Assembly (NCBI GenBank): GCA_963728205.1
Contig: CAVSIV010000002.1
Coordinates: 480,001-544,000 of the forward strand
Reading direction: 5' to 3'
DNA: 64,000 nucleotides
Source of the DNA: an uncultured Chloroflexia bacterium
GTDB taxonomy: Bacteria > Chloroflexota > Dehalococcoidia > UBA2979
Position 1 is the first letter of the stretch; each line of letters begins with the position of its first letter. Below the pieces are notes generated by a model. It saw only the letters and a list, made by a program, of their open reading frames with translations. It was not told the origin of the DNA and searched no databases. A program made the translations under genes and the position numbers. Of the stretch, positions 1 to 9,983 are shown piece after piece.

Positions 1-1345
1 CTCGCCGGTCCAGCCGGGAACGACGAACTGCCGGCCCGCCGTCGACGCCCGCACCGGCACGCGGCCGCGGTAGAGGAAGCCGACGTTCCCCTCGACGTCC
101 GCGCTCAGCAGCGCGTTCACCGGCTCCTCCCAGCCGCGCTGCGTCTCGTGCAACGCGCCGACCGTGTGCGCGGTGAGCATCGGCCGCAGGGTCTCCCACT
201 GCCGGTTGGGCCGGTCGGTCGCGGTGTAGCGCATCGCGATGGCGCGTCCGTCGGCGGGGTCTCCGGCGATCACCGCGCCGTGGCGGGTCACCGTCACCGC
301 GATCGGCTCGCTCGCCGCGCCGCGCACGCCGATCTCGCCGCGCTCGACCTCCGCCGTCGCCCAGCCGGAGTCCGTGCGGTAGCGCGTCGGGTCGGCCGAG
401 TCGAACTCTTCGAGGTAGAGGTCCTGGTAGTCGGCCTGGCCGTGCGTGATGTTCCACGCCACCGCGCCGTTGTGCGCGAAGTGCGGGAAGGCCGGGAAGC
501 CGGGGAAGGCGCCGCCGGCGACGTTGAAGTCGGGGCAGGTCACGTGCGCCTGCCAGTAGACGTTCGGGACGTCGAGCGGGCGATGGGAGTCGTTGCAGAG
601 CACGGGGCGACCGGTCGTCGTGCGGCTGCCGGCGACGACCCACGAGTTCGACCCGCCCTCGTCGCTGGCGAGGGATCCCAGCTCGCGCGTGGCGCGGGCG
701 ATGTCGGCGGCGGCCTGGCGCACGACGCCCGCCGTCGCGCCACCGGGCGGCAGGATCACGTTGAGCCCGGCGGGCTGGAGGTGCTCCAGGCGCGCGTAGG
801 TCTCGGCGCCGACGCGGCGCAGCAGCTCGGTGCGTGCGAGCTTCACGCCGTACTTGCCCATGATCGCGTGGCGCACCTTGAACACCAGCACGGAGTGCCA
901 CGGCTCCCATGGCTCGGGCTCACTCTCGGTCAGGGCGTACTCGACCGGCCGCGGCTGGCCGGAACGCAGGAAGGCGTTCACGCCGTCCGCGTAGGCGTCG
1001 AACATCGCGCGTGTCTCCGGCGACATCGCGTCGACGTCGGCGCGGGAGGCTGCGTCGAGACGGAGGCGGCGGAAGAGCCGATCACCGTCGAGGCCGGAAG
1101 GCCCGGCGAGCTCCGACCAGCGCCCGGTGCCGCGGCGGCGGTACCACTCCATCTGCCACAGCCGGTCCTGGGCGCTCGCGAAGCCCATCCCGAACCACGC
1201 GTCGTGCTCGGTCTCCGCCTGCACGTGTGGGATGCCATGCGCGTCGCGGTGGATCGCGACGGGGCGATTCGACGCCGGGCGCCGCGAGGGTGCCGTCCTG
1301 CTGCGGGACGGCGGCGGCGAAGTCGATGGTCGTGCGGGTGGCCAT
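1..1345 (-). CDS. Penicillin acylase family Ntn-hydrolase; runs off the window start; apparent +1 frameshift at ~1268
   Basis: MATRTTIDF...; removing one T from GATTC 1266-1270 gives GVDRPVAIHRDAHGIPHVQAETEHDAWFGMGFASAQDRLWQM; beta-subunit motif GSNSWVVAG...NDSH at ~590-655. Confidence 0.88.
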
Positions 1346-1697
1346 GGGGGCGCTCCGTTCAGGCGAGCAGGGCCGTCAGGCTGCTGTTTCCGGCTGCGAC
1401 CACCGCGGCGGTGCCTCCGGCTGGGGAAATCGCGGGGCGAGGATACGCGGGCGGTCCACCCGCGGCATGCCTTCAGGCCGCGGGACGATCGCGGCGGGGA
1501 CACGTGCGCGGTCGAGCCGCGGCGGCCCAGGAGGGAGGCGTCTGCGGGGTGAGCAGGGAGACCCGCGGCGCGGGGACGTGTCCTCTGCCGGCAGCGCGTC
1601 CTTCGTCGCGAGGAGGCGCGGGTGATGCGGGATGCCGGAACCAGCGGCCTGACGACCCCTGCTCGCCGCGGCCGTGAGGTAGGCGCGGGGGAGGCCG

Positions 1698-2813
1698 CTA
1701 CTGCAGCATGCCGGCGGCGGCGATCGGCCATACCGCCTCGACCCTGCCACCGCGGACGGCATAGAGGCGGCGGTGCAGCAGGATCGTCGAGTCGGTGTAG
1801 TGCGGGATCAGCGTGACGCGGTCGCCGGGGGTCACCGTCGTGCCCTCGTCGCGATCGAAGATCGTGTGCTCGGCGTTCAGGCCACGGACGTGCAGGCCCG
1901 CGGGCGACACGACGAGCGGCTTGCCGGTGTGCATGCCCGTCGTCTTCCAGCCGGCGTCGCCGATGGCGCGGCCGGGCGTCGCGGTGCTCACGATCTGCAC
2001 GACGAGGAACAGCGCCTGGCGATGCCCGGGCACCTTCATCGCGTCCCCATACGTCTGGTCCATGAGCACGCCGCCGCCGGCCTGCAGCTCGTTGAGCGCG
2101 CCCAGCCGCGAGGCCATCCAGTAGTTGCCGGTCCCGCCGCCGCTCATCACGCGCACCGGCATGCCGGCGGCCTCCACCTGGCGGCGCGCCTCGGCGAAGA
2201 CGTCGGCGGCCAGCGACGACTTCGCCTCCTTCTCCTCGAGATCCGCGATGCCCATGACGTGACCCTCGTAGCCCATCAGCCCGCGCAGCGCGACGCCGGG
2301 CAGGTCGACGGCGAGGCGCGCGAGCGCGGGCGCCGCGTCGGGCGTGACGCCGCAGCGGTTCGCGCCGATGTTGATGTCGACGAGCACGTCGACGGTGACG
2401 CCGGCCGCGGCGGCGGCGCGCGACAGCTCGCGGAGGTTGCGCTCGTCGTCGACCGCGACGCAGAGGGCGCGCACGCGCCCGGCGAGCGCTACGAGACGCC
2501 GGATCTTGATCGGCCCCACGATCTCGTTCGCGATCAGGATGTCGTCGATGCCGCCGTCCGCCATCACCTCGGCCTCGCCGACCTTCGCGCAGGTGATGCC
2601 GACCGCGCCGCCGGCGATCAGCCGCTTCGCGAGCTCGGGCGCCTTGCTCGCCTTGACGTGCGGCCGCCACGCGACGCCGAGGCCGCGGGTGAGCCGGGCC
2701 ATCGTCGCGACGTTGTGCTCGAAGGCGTCGAGGTCGACGTAGAGCAGGGGCGTGTCGAGCGCATCGACGGGGAGGCCGATCTCGGCGGCGGGATCGGCGG
2801 CGACCTGGGTCAT
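1698..2813 (-). CDS. DSD1/D-threonine aldolase family PLP enzyme (alanine racemase fold)
   Basis: LDTPLLYVDLD, RPHVKASK, CAKVGEAE, NRCGV, GLMGYEGH, SGGGTG, NAEH. Confidence 0.88.
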   Translation of the reverse strand: MTQVAADPAAEIGLPVDALDTPLLYVDLDAFEHNVATMARLTRGLGVAWRPHVKASKAPELAKRLIAGGAVGITCAKVGEAEVMADGGIDDILIANEIVGPIKIRRLVALAGRVRALCVAVDDERNLRELSRAAAAAGVTVDVLVDINIGANRCGVTPDAAPALARLAVDLPGVALRGLMGYEGHVMGIADLEEKEAKSSLAADVFAEARRQVEAAGMPVRVMSGGGTGNYWMASRLGALNELQAGGGVLMDQTYGDAMKVPGHRQALFLVVQIVSTATPGRAIGDAGWKTTGMHTGKPLVVSPAGLHVRGLNAEHTIFDRDEGTTVTPGDRVTLIPHYTDSTILLHRRLYAVRGGRVEAVWPIAAAGMLQ

Positions 2814-2947
2814 GGGACGGCTCCTGTGCGCGCGGCGGGTGGCGATGGAGGCACGATAGCAGCGCATGCACGGCGCGCGGCGGCGTTGCCGACCATCCTG
2901 CGGCCAGACGGGCAGGTCGGGACGCCGGCGAGTAACGCGTGCCGGAG

Positions 2948-4165
2948 CTACCCGCGAGGCAGCCCCAGCCCGCGCGTCGCGATCACGTTGCGCTGGATCT
3001 CGGACGTCCCGGCGCCAATCGTCTCCGACAGCGACGCGAGGTAGTACGTCCCCCACACGGCGCGGTCCGGCGTGCGCGGGTCGTTCTCGTCGTAGAGCAT
3101 CCCGTACGGGCCGAGCGCGCGCATCGCCGTGTTCGCCAGGCGCTGGTGCAGCTCGCTCGAGAACAGCTTCTGCACGCTCGCCTCGTAGTTCGGGATCACG
3201 CCGCGGTTCTGCAGCGTGATGATGCGGTTCGAGAAGTTACGGGCGACCTCGACCTCGGTCGCCCGCTCGGCCAGCGCCGCGCGCACCGGTGCGGAACGGC
3301 CCAGCGTCGTCCGGCCGCTGCCGGCGTCGCGCTCCGCGCGCAGCAGGCCGGTGAGCGCGTCGATCTTGTGCTTGAAGCCGACCGCCGAGCCGATCGACGA
3401 GCGCTCGAAGTCGAGGTGCGTCGCGCCCACGTACCAGCCGCGGTTCACCTCGCCGACGGCGTTCGACACCGGCACGCGCACGTCCTCGAAGAACACCTCG
3501 TTGAACGCCTTCGCGCCGCTGATCTGCTCGAGCGGGCGCACGGTGATGCCCGGCGTCTGCATCGACAGCAGCAGGTAGGTGATGCCGCGGTGTTTCGGCG
3601 CATCGGGGTCGGTGCGCACGAGCGCGAACATCATGTCGGCGATCGCCGCGCCCGACGTCCAGATCTTCTGGCCGTTGACGACAAAGTCGTCGCCGTCGCG
3701 CACGGCGCGCGTCTGGACCGACGCGAGGTCGGAGCCGGCGCCCGGCTCCGAGTAGCCCTGGCACCAGAACTCCTTGCCCTCGATCAGGGGCGGGATATAG
3801 CGGCGCTTCTGCTCGTCGCTGCCGTGCACGAGGATCGTCGATCCGACGTCGTGCACGCCCGCGACGGGCGCCTGCGACTCCGAGAAGACCTCGCGCAAGA
3901 TGAACTGCTGCATCGGCGACATGCCGGCGCCGCCGTACTCCTTCGGCCACGCCGGCGCGATCCAGCCGCGGTCGAGGATCGCCTTGCGCCAGGTGTCCAT
4001 TAGCGCGCGGCGGCGCTCCGTGGGCAGCGTGCCGCGGTGCATGCCGCCGAGCGTGCCCGCGTAGCGGGCGTCGTCGCGCAGCTCCCGCGGCAGATGCTCG
4101 TCGATGAAGCGCTGGACCTCGGCGCGCCAGGCCGCGTCCTCGGGGGTGTCGGCGAAGTCGACCAT
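2948..4165 (-). CDS. Acyl-CoA dehydrogenase
   Basis: WCQGYSEPGAGSDLAS, VNGQKIWTS, FNEVFFEDVRVP, GTSEIQRNVIA. Confidence 0.95.
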   Translation of the reverse strand: MVDFADTPEDAAWRAEVQRFIDEHLPRELRDDARYAGTLGGMHRGTLPTERRRALMDTWRKAILDRGWIAPAWPKEYGGAGMSPMQQFILREVFSESQAPVAGVHDVGSTILVHGSDEQKRRYIPPLIEGKEFWCQGYSEPGAGSDLASVQTRAVRDGDDFVVNGQKIWTSGAAIADMMFALVRTDPDAPKHRGITYLLLSMQTPGITVRPLEQISGAKAFNEVFFEDVRVPVSNAVGEVNRGWYVGATHLDFERSSIGSAVGFKHKIDALTGLLRAERDAGSGRTTLGRSAPVRAALAERATEVEVARNFSNRIITLQNRGVIPNYEASVQKLFSSELHQRLANTAMRALGPYGMLYDENDPRTPDRAVWGTYYLASLSETIGAGTSEIQRNVIATRGLGLPRG

Positions 4166-4209
4166 GCGGGGGCCTCCTCGGTGTGGAGCGCATGCTACGA
4201 CCGTTCCGG

Positions 4210-4241
4210 GCGCGCGGCAGGCGTCCGAGCCTGCCGTGTGC
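4210..4241. repeat. Small hairpin repeat, family B (GCGCGCGGCAGGC-N-GCCTGCCGTGTGC)
   Basis: Both arms recur identically at 15718-15748. Confidence 0.55.
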
Positions 4242-4398
4242 CATGGCAGGCTCATGACACGGGAGCGTGCCACCTCGCACCTGCGGAGGCTGCCACAGCA
4301 CACGGCGGGCTCGGACGCCCGCCGCGCACCGGAGCGTCCGAGCGCATCGCCGTAGAATCTCCCGCGCCACTTCGTCCACGCAGTCGCCCGGGGTGCCC

Positions 4399-5601
4399 AT
4401 GGCTCGTCTTCCGTCCTCCTCGCTCACCCACCTGCAGTGCGCCGTCTGCGGCGAGCTGCACAAGGCCGCGGTGCCGCAGACCGTCTGCACCGCCTGCGGC
4501 CGGCCGCTGTACGCGCGCTACGACCTCGAACAGGCGCGCCGCACGTTCTCGCTTGACGCGCTCGCGGGGCGGCCGTGGGACATGTGGCGCTACGCCGAGG
4601 TGATGCCCGTCCTCGACCGCACCTTCGTCGTCTCGCTCGGCGAGGGGATGACGCCGCTGCTCCACCTCCCGCGCCTCGGCGCGACCATGGGCGTGCCGCA
4701 GCTGCACCTCAAGGACGAGGGCCAGAACCCGACCGGCACGTTCAAGGCGCGCGGCCTCTCCGCCGCGGTGTCGAAGGCGGCCGAGCTCGGCATCGGCGAC
4801 GTCGGCGTGCCGACCGCCGGCAACGCCGGCGCCGCGGCGGCCGCCTACGCGGCGCGCGCCGGCATCCGCGCGCACATCGCGATGCCGCGCGACGCGCCGC
4901 CGATGGTGATCGACGAGGTGCGCGCCTACGGAGGCGAGCTGGCGCTGGTCGACGGCCTGATCACCGACGCCGGGAAGCTGGTCGCCGCCGGCGTGCGCGA
5001 GAACGGCTGGCTCGACCTCTCGACGCTGAAGGAGCCGTACCGCGTCGAGGGCAAGAAGACGATGGGCTACGAGCTCTGGGAGCAGCTGGGCGGCGCGCTG
5101 CCGCAGGCGATCGTCTACCCCACGGGCGGCGGCACCGGCCTGATCGGCATGTGGAAGGCGTTCGACGAGCTCCAGCAGATGGGGCTGATCGGCCGCGAGC
5201 GCCCGCAGATGATCGCGGTGCAGGCCGAGGGCTGCGCGCCGATCGTGCGCGCGTTCGAGGCCGGCGCCGAGCGCGCGGAGCCGTGGGAGGGCGCGACGAC
5301 GATCGCGCCCGGCATCCGCGTCCCGGCGCCGTTCGCCGACGACCTCATCCTGCGCATCCTGCGCGAGAGCAACGGCACCGCGGTCGCCGTCTCCGACGAC
5401 GACATCCTCGAGGCGATGGGCACGCTCGCGGCGGAAGAGGGTGTCGACGCCTGCCCGGAGGGCGCGGCGACCGTCGCGGGGCTGCAGCGCCTGCTCGACA
5501 TCGGACGGGTCGACCCCGACATCAACATCGTGCTGTTCAACACCGGGACGGGTCTCAAGCACCCGGAGCTGCGGGAGCGCGTGCGCGGGGAGAGTGACTG
5601 A
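4399..5601 (+). CDS. thrC: Threonine synthase-like fold-type II PLP enzyme with N-terminal Zn ribbon
   Basis: CxxC...CxxC, SLGEGMTPL, NPTGTFKARG, TAGNAG, EGKKTMGYE, PTGGGTG; stop overlaps next start (TGATG). Confidence 0.85.
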   Translation: MARLPSSSLTHLQCAVCGELHKAAVPQTVCTACGRPLYARYDLEQARRTFSLDALAGRPWDMWRYAEVMPVLDRTFVVSLGEGMTPLLHLPRLGATMGVPQLHLKDEGQNPTGTFKARGLSAAVSKAAELGIGDVGVPTAGNAGAAAAAYAARAGIRAHIAMPRDAPPMVIDEVRAYGGELALVDGLITDAGKLVAAGVRENGWLDLSTLKEPYRVEGKKTMGYELWEQLGGALPQAIVYPTGGGTGLIGMWKAFDELQQMGLIGRERPQMIAVQAEGCAPIVRAFEAGAERAEPWEGATTIAPGIRVPAPFADDLILRILRESNGTAVAVSDDDILEAMGTLAAEEGVDACPEGAATVAGLQRLLDIGRVDPDINIVLFNTGTGLKHPELRERVRGESD

Positions 5602-7092
5602 TGCCGGAGCAGTTCGATTCTCGTGATCCGCGGCGGCACCGTCGTCGACGGCACGGGCGCGCCGGCCGTGCGCGGCGACGTCGCCGTGCGCGGCGACCGC
5701 GTGGTGCGCGTCGGCGACGTGTCGGCGGACGCCGACGCCGGGGAGACCGTCGACGCCGCCGGCCACGTGGTGTGCCCGGGTTTCATCGACGTGCACGCCC
5801 ACGACGACACGCTCGTGCTGATCGAGCCCGACAACGAGGGCAAGGTCATGCAGGGCGTGACCACCGTGATCAACGGCAACTGCGGCGCCGGCGTGGTGCC
5901 GCCCGCCGAGAGCCGCCGCGTCCAGGAGCGCGCGGAGGCGATCCCCGCGTGGGACTCGTATCCCGGCTACTTCGACGCGATCGCGCGACAGCCCCCGTCG
6001 CAGAACGTCGCGACGCTCGTCGGCTTCGGGACCATGCGCGCCGGCGCGATCGGCGGCGCGGCCGTGCAGCGGCCGGCGACGCCCGACGAGGTCGAGCGCA
6101 TGCGCGGCTGGCTGCGGGACGCGCTCGCCGCCGGCGCCGTCGGCATGTCGACGGGGCTGATCTACGAGCCGGACCGCTACGCGACGACCGACGAGATCGT
6201 CGCGGTGGGTGCGCCGCTCGCCGAGTACGGGGCGCTGTACGCGTCGCACGTGCGCGGCGAGGGCGAGACGCTGCTCGCGGCGCACGCGGAGGCGATGACG
6301 GTGGGGCGGCGCATCGGCGTCGGCGTCGAGATCTCGCACCACAAGGCGAGTGGCCGCCCGTGGTGGGGGCGCGTGCGCGACTCGCTGCGGCAGATCGAGG
6401 GGGCGCGCGCGGCCGGCGAGGCGGTGAGCGCGGACCAGTACCCGTACACGGCCGGCAGCACGCGCCTCGCCGCGATGATCCAGAACGGCTGGTTCGCGCC
6501 CGGCGGCGACGCCGATCGCGGCATGGAGGTGCTGCTGGCGTCGGTGCCGCGTCGCCCCGAGTGGGAGGGGCGCTCGGTCGCGGCGCTGGCCGCCGAGCTC
6601 GACCTGCCGCTCGACCAGGCCGCGCAGCGGCTCGTCGAGGAGGGCGGGCCGTCGACCTTCGCGGTGATGTTCTCGATGGACGAGGACGACGTGCGCACGG
6701 TGATGCGGCACGAGTCGACGATGATCGGCACCGACGGCATCGGCTTCGGCTCGAAGCCGCACCCGCGGCACTACGGCACGTACCCGCGCATCCTCGGCCG
6801 CTACGTGCGCGAGGCGGGCGTGCTCACGCTCGAGCAGGCCGTCCACAAGATGACCGGCATGCCGGCGGCGAAGTTCGACCTGCCCGGGCGCGGGGTGCTG
6901 CGCGAGGGCGCGATCGCGGACCTCGTGGTGTTCGATCCCGAGACGGTGATCGACGTGGCGACGTACGAGGACCCGCGGCGGCCGCCGCTGGGAATGCCGT
7001 TCGTCTTCGTCAACGGCACGGCGGTCGTGCGCGACGGCCGGCACACGCACGCGCGCGTCGGGCGACCGGTGCGGCGCGGCGTCGACGGCTGA
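5601..7092 (+). CDS. N-acyl-D-amino-acid deacylase; apparent +1 frameshift at ~5618
   Basis: Removing one T from GATTC 5616-5620 gives MPEQFDLVIRGGTVVDGTG; PGFIDVHAHD, GNCG, SHVRGE, SHHK, DQYPY, HPRHYGTYPR. Confidence 0.92.
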
Positions 7093-7099
7093 GGTCGGC

Positions 7100-8281
7100 A
7101 TGGGGGCGGGAGCCGGCGCGGGACCCGACGCCGTCCGCCTCGCGGTGGTGCGCGCGGCGATGGAGCGCTTCGCGCGCGGCGAAGCCGTCGCCCAGCGCTC
7201 GCCGCTGTACGCGCACCTTGCGGCGCTGGCCGCGCGCGACGACGCGCTCTGCGCGGTCGCGGCCGACGCGCGCCCGGGCCAGCCGCCGCCCAACCTCTTC
7301 TTCGCCGCGGTGCACGCGCTGTTGCTGGCCGGCGCGGGGGACGGCGACGGCGGCGGCGACGGCGACAACGACGCGGGGGTCGAGCGGCGCCTCGCCGCGT
7401 ACTACCCGAGCGTCGGCGGGACGCGCGCGCCGGACGCCGCGCTCGACGACGCATTCCGCGCGTTCGTCGACGCGCGACGCGACCCGCTGCGCGTGTTGCT
7501 GCGCACGCGGCTGGTGCAGACGAACGAGGTGCGCCGCTGCGCGCTGCTGCTCCCCGCGCTGCGTGCGATCAGCGACGACGCGGCCATCACCGGGGGCGGC
7601 GCGCCACTGGCGCTGATCGAGATCGGGCCGTCCGCCGGGCTCAACCTGCTCCCCGACCGCTATGCCTACGACTACGCCGGCACGGCCGCCGGCGACCCCG
7701 CGTCGCCGCTGCGGCTCGCGACCGAGGTGCGCGGCGAGCAGCCGCCCGTCGCGCCGGTGCCGCGCGTGGCGTCGCGCCTCGGCATCGACCTGCACGCGCT
7801 GGACGTGCGCAACGACCACGACGTGCGCTGGCTCGAGGCGCTGACATGGCCCGAGCACGACGAGCGCCGGCGCGTGCTGCGCGCGGCGGTCGGGGTCGCG
7901 CGCGCGAATCCGCCGACGGTCGTCGGCGGCGACCTCTTCGAGCTGCTCCCGGCCGCCTTCGCCGACGCGCCGCGCGACGCCGCCGCCACGCTGATCGCGA
8001 CGTTCGTGCTCAACCAGTTCTCGCGGGAGATGCTCGACCGGCTCCGCGACCTCGTGCTCGCCGCGTCGCGGCGCCGCCCGATCTGGATGGTGCTGCTCGC
8101 GGCGAACCACTGGATCGGCGCGCCGTCGCCGCCCGACGGCACGGCCGATCTCTGGCTGGTGCGCGTGCGCAACGGCGAGGGCGTCGCGCAGTCGCTCGCG
8201 CGTGTCGACCCGCACGGCTGGTGGATCGAGTGGCACCCCGGGCCGGGCCTGGCGTGGCCGCCGGGACGGTTCATGGGATAG
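7100..8281 (+). CDS. DUF2332 family protein
   Basis: SPLY, FAAVHAL, VQTNEVRRC, EIGPSAGLNL, WPEHDERR, PHG. Confidence 0.85.
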   Translation: MGAGAGAGPDAVRLAVVRAAMERFARGEAVAQRSPLYAHLAALAARDDALCAVAADARPGQPPPNLFFAAVHALLLAGAGDGDGGGDGDNDAGVERRLAAYYPSVGGTRAPDAALDDAFRAFVDARRDPLRVLLRTRLVQTNEVRRCALLLPALRAISDDAAITGGGAPLALIEIGPSAGLNLLPDRYAYDYAGTAAGDPASPLRLATEVRGEQPPVAPVPRVASRLGIDLHALDVRNDHDVRWLEALTWPEHDERRRVLRAAVGVARANPPTVVGGDLFELLPAAFADAPRDAAATLIATFVLNQFSREMLDRLRDLVLAASRRRPIWMVLLAANHWIGAPSPPDGTADLWLVRVRNGEGVAQSLARVDPHGWWIEWHPGPGLAWPPGRFMG

Positions 8282-8320
8282 CCGTCGGCCGCGCGCCGGC
8301 GCATCACCGGCGAGCGCGTG

Positions 8321-9526
8321 CTACCACGTGTGCTCCGCCTCGTACGGGACGTACTTCGTGCGCAGCGCGACGTCCCAGCGGGCGAGCGCGCGGTCGTCGT
8401 GGACGTCGAGCAGGCCGGCGCGCGCGGCGTCGGTCGCGCTGATCCGGCCCCACACCATCGACGCCAGCGTGTCCGGGGTAAGCGTGAGGTCCGGGTCGCG
8501 GCCGTCGGCGCGCGTCACCGCGCTCGCCTCGGGGTCGGTCTCGAGCTGCCAGCGGCCGGCGTTCCACGGACAGAGCTCGTCGCGCAGCTCGAAGCGGAGC
8601 GTCTCGCGCACCGGGTACGGGCGCTGGGTCAGCGCGTCCTCGACCGTGACCAGGCGGGCCATGATGCCGTCGCGCGTGTGCGTGTTGAGCATGCGCGGCT
8701 CGACCAGCATGTTCGGCAGCGGATCGTCGGGCGCGGCGTTCTCCCAGCGGATCTCCCGGACGTTGTCGTAGGTGCCGAGGATGCGCCACAGCGCCTGGTG
8801 GGCCGCCGGCGTGAGCGCGAAGAAGTCCATCACGCGCAGGTAGTGTCCCGGGCCGGGACCATCATCAAAGTTCCCGGGGCCGGCGTGGTAGATGACATAA
8901 CCCAACGGCTCGCCGGCCTCTTCGTAGGCGAGGATCGTGCGCCGGTGCCCGATCGGCGGGTCGGAGAGGGGCCCGGCGTCCCACATCGCGCGGCCGCGAT
9001 GCACGAGGCCCGTGCGGTCCTCGCGGAAGCGGCGGTAGACGTCGACGAGCAGGCCGAACTCCGTCTCGAGGTCGACCTCGCGCACGCCGCCCGTGACCTC
9101 GACCGGGTGCGCGAACTGGATGTGCCGTGGCTCGACGCGGTACGCGAAGCGCGTGTTCACGGTGCCGTAGCCGTAGCGCTGGTAGATCGCCATCCAGGCG
9201 GGGTGGAGGCCGGACATCGCGACCTCGCGCCGCTCGTGGAGCTGCTCGAAGTGCATGCGATGGATCGCGCGGAGGAAGCCGCGGCGGCGGTAGGCGGGGT
9301 GCGTCGAGACCCAGGTCACGCCGGCGACGGGCGCGGGCGGGCCGTTGAAGCGAATCTGCAGCGGCCACGCCGCGTAGGTCGTGACGACGTGCCCGTCCTC
9401 GAAGGCGCACAGCGTCCAGTCGGGGTGCATGCCCTGGAACATCTCGGGCGACAGCCCGAGCTGGCGCGACGCCTGCTGCGCGACCTCCGACAGCTCCTCG
9501 GCGCGGGCGGGGCGGATCTCGACCAT
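8321..9526 (-). CDS. Eis-like GNAT acetyltransferase (tandem GNAT plus SCP2-like C-terminus)
   Basis: VSTHPAYRRRG, IYQRYGYG, MARLVTVEDAL, DELCPWNAG. Confidence 0.88.
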   Translation of the reverse strand: MVEIRPARAEELSEVAQQASRQLGLSPEMFQGMHPDWTLCAFEDGHVVTTYAAWPLQIRFNGPPAPVAGVTWVSTHPAYRRRGFLRAIHRMHFEQLHERREVAMSGLHPAWMAIYQRYGYGTVNTRFAYRVEPRHIQFAHPVEVTGGVREVDLETEFGLLVDVYRRFREDRTGLVHRGRAMWDAGPLSDPPIGHRRTILAYEEAGEPLGYVIYHAGPGNFDDGPGPGHYLRVMDFFALTPAAHQALWRILGTYDNVREIRWENAAPDDPLPNMLVEPRMLNTHTRDGIMARLVTVEDALTQRPYPVRETLRFELRDELCPWNAGRWQLETDPEASAVTRADGRDPDLTLTPDTLASMVWGRISATDAARAGLLDVHDDRALARWDVALRTKYVPYEAEHTW

Positions 9527-9566
9527 GGGGGCTCCTGTCGTAGTGCGCGTGCTTCGAGCGGGGCGG

Positions 9567-9983
9567 CTACGCCGGCTTGAACTGCGGGACGAAGACGCCT
9601 GGCGCCATCTCCACGAACGTCGCCTGCACCGGCATACCCACGCGGATCGCGTCGTTGTCGACCTCGACCAGGTTCGCGTTCACGCGCGGGCCCTCGGCCA
9701 GCTCGACGACCGCGAGGTTGTACGGCACCTCCCGTGCGAACGCCGGATGGTAGACGCGGTGCATCACCCCGAACGTGTGCACGGTGCCGCGGCCCGACGC
9801 CTCGGTCCACTCGAGGTCCGACCGCAGGCACTCGCTGCACACCTCGCGCACGGGCGCGAGGTACGTCCCGCAGTCGCGGCAGCGCTGGATCATCAGCGCG
9901 CCGCGCGCGGCGCCGTCGAAGAACGGCGCGGAGGCGTCGTCCGGGGCGGGCGCGGGGCGGTCGGTCGCGGCGGGCGTCGTCAT
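9567..9983 (-). CDS. DUF35 Zn-ribbon/OB-fold protein, partner of thiolase-like enzyme
   Basis: PFFDGAARGALMIQRCRDCG...CSEC...ASGRGTV...VELAEGPR; overlaps upstream gene by 4 nt. Confidence 0.92.
   Translation of the reverse strand: MTTPAATDRPAPAPDDASAPFFDGAARGALMIQRCRDCGTYLAPVREVCSECLRSDLEWTEASGRGTVHTFGVMHRVYHPAFAREVPYNLAVVELAEGPRVNANLVEVDNDAIRVGMPVQATFVEMAPGVFVPQFKPA

Noticed and set aside
7330-7380. GDGDGGGDGDND stretch in the DUF2332 protein
   Set aside because: In-frame low-complexity loop with no sign of phase variation.
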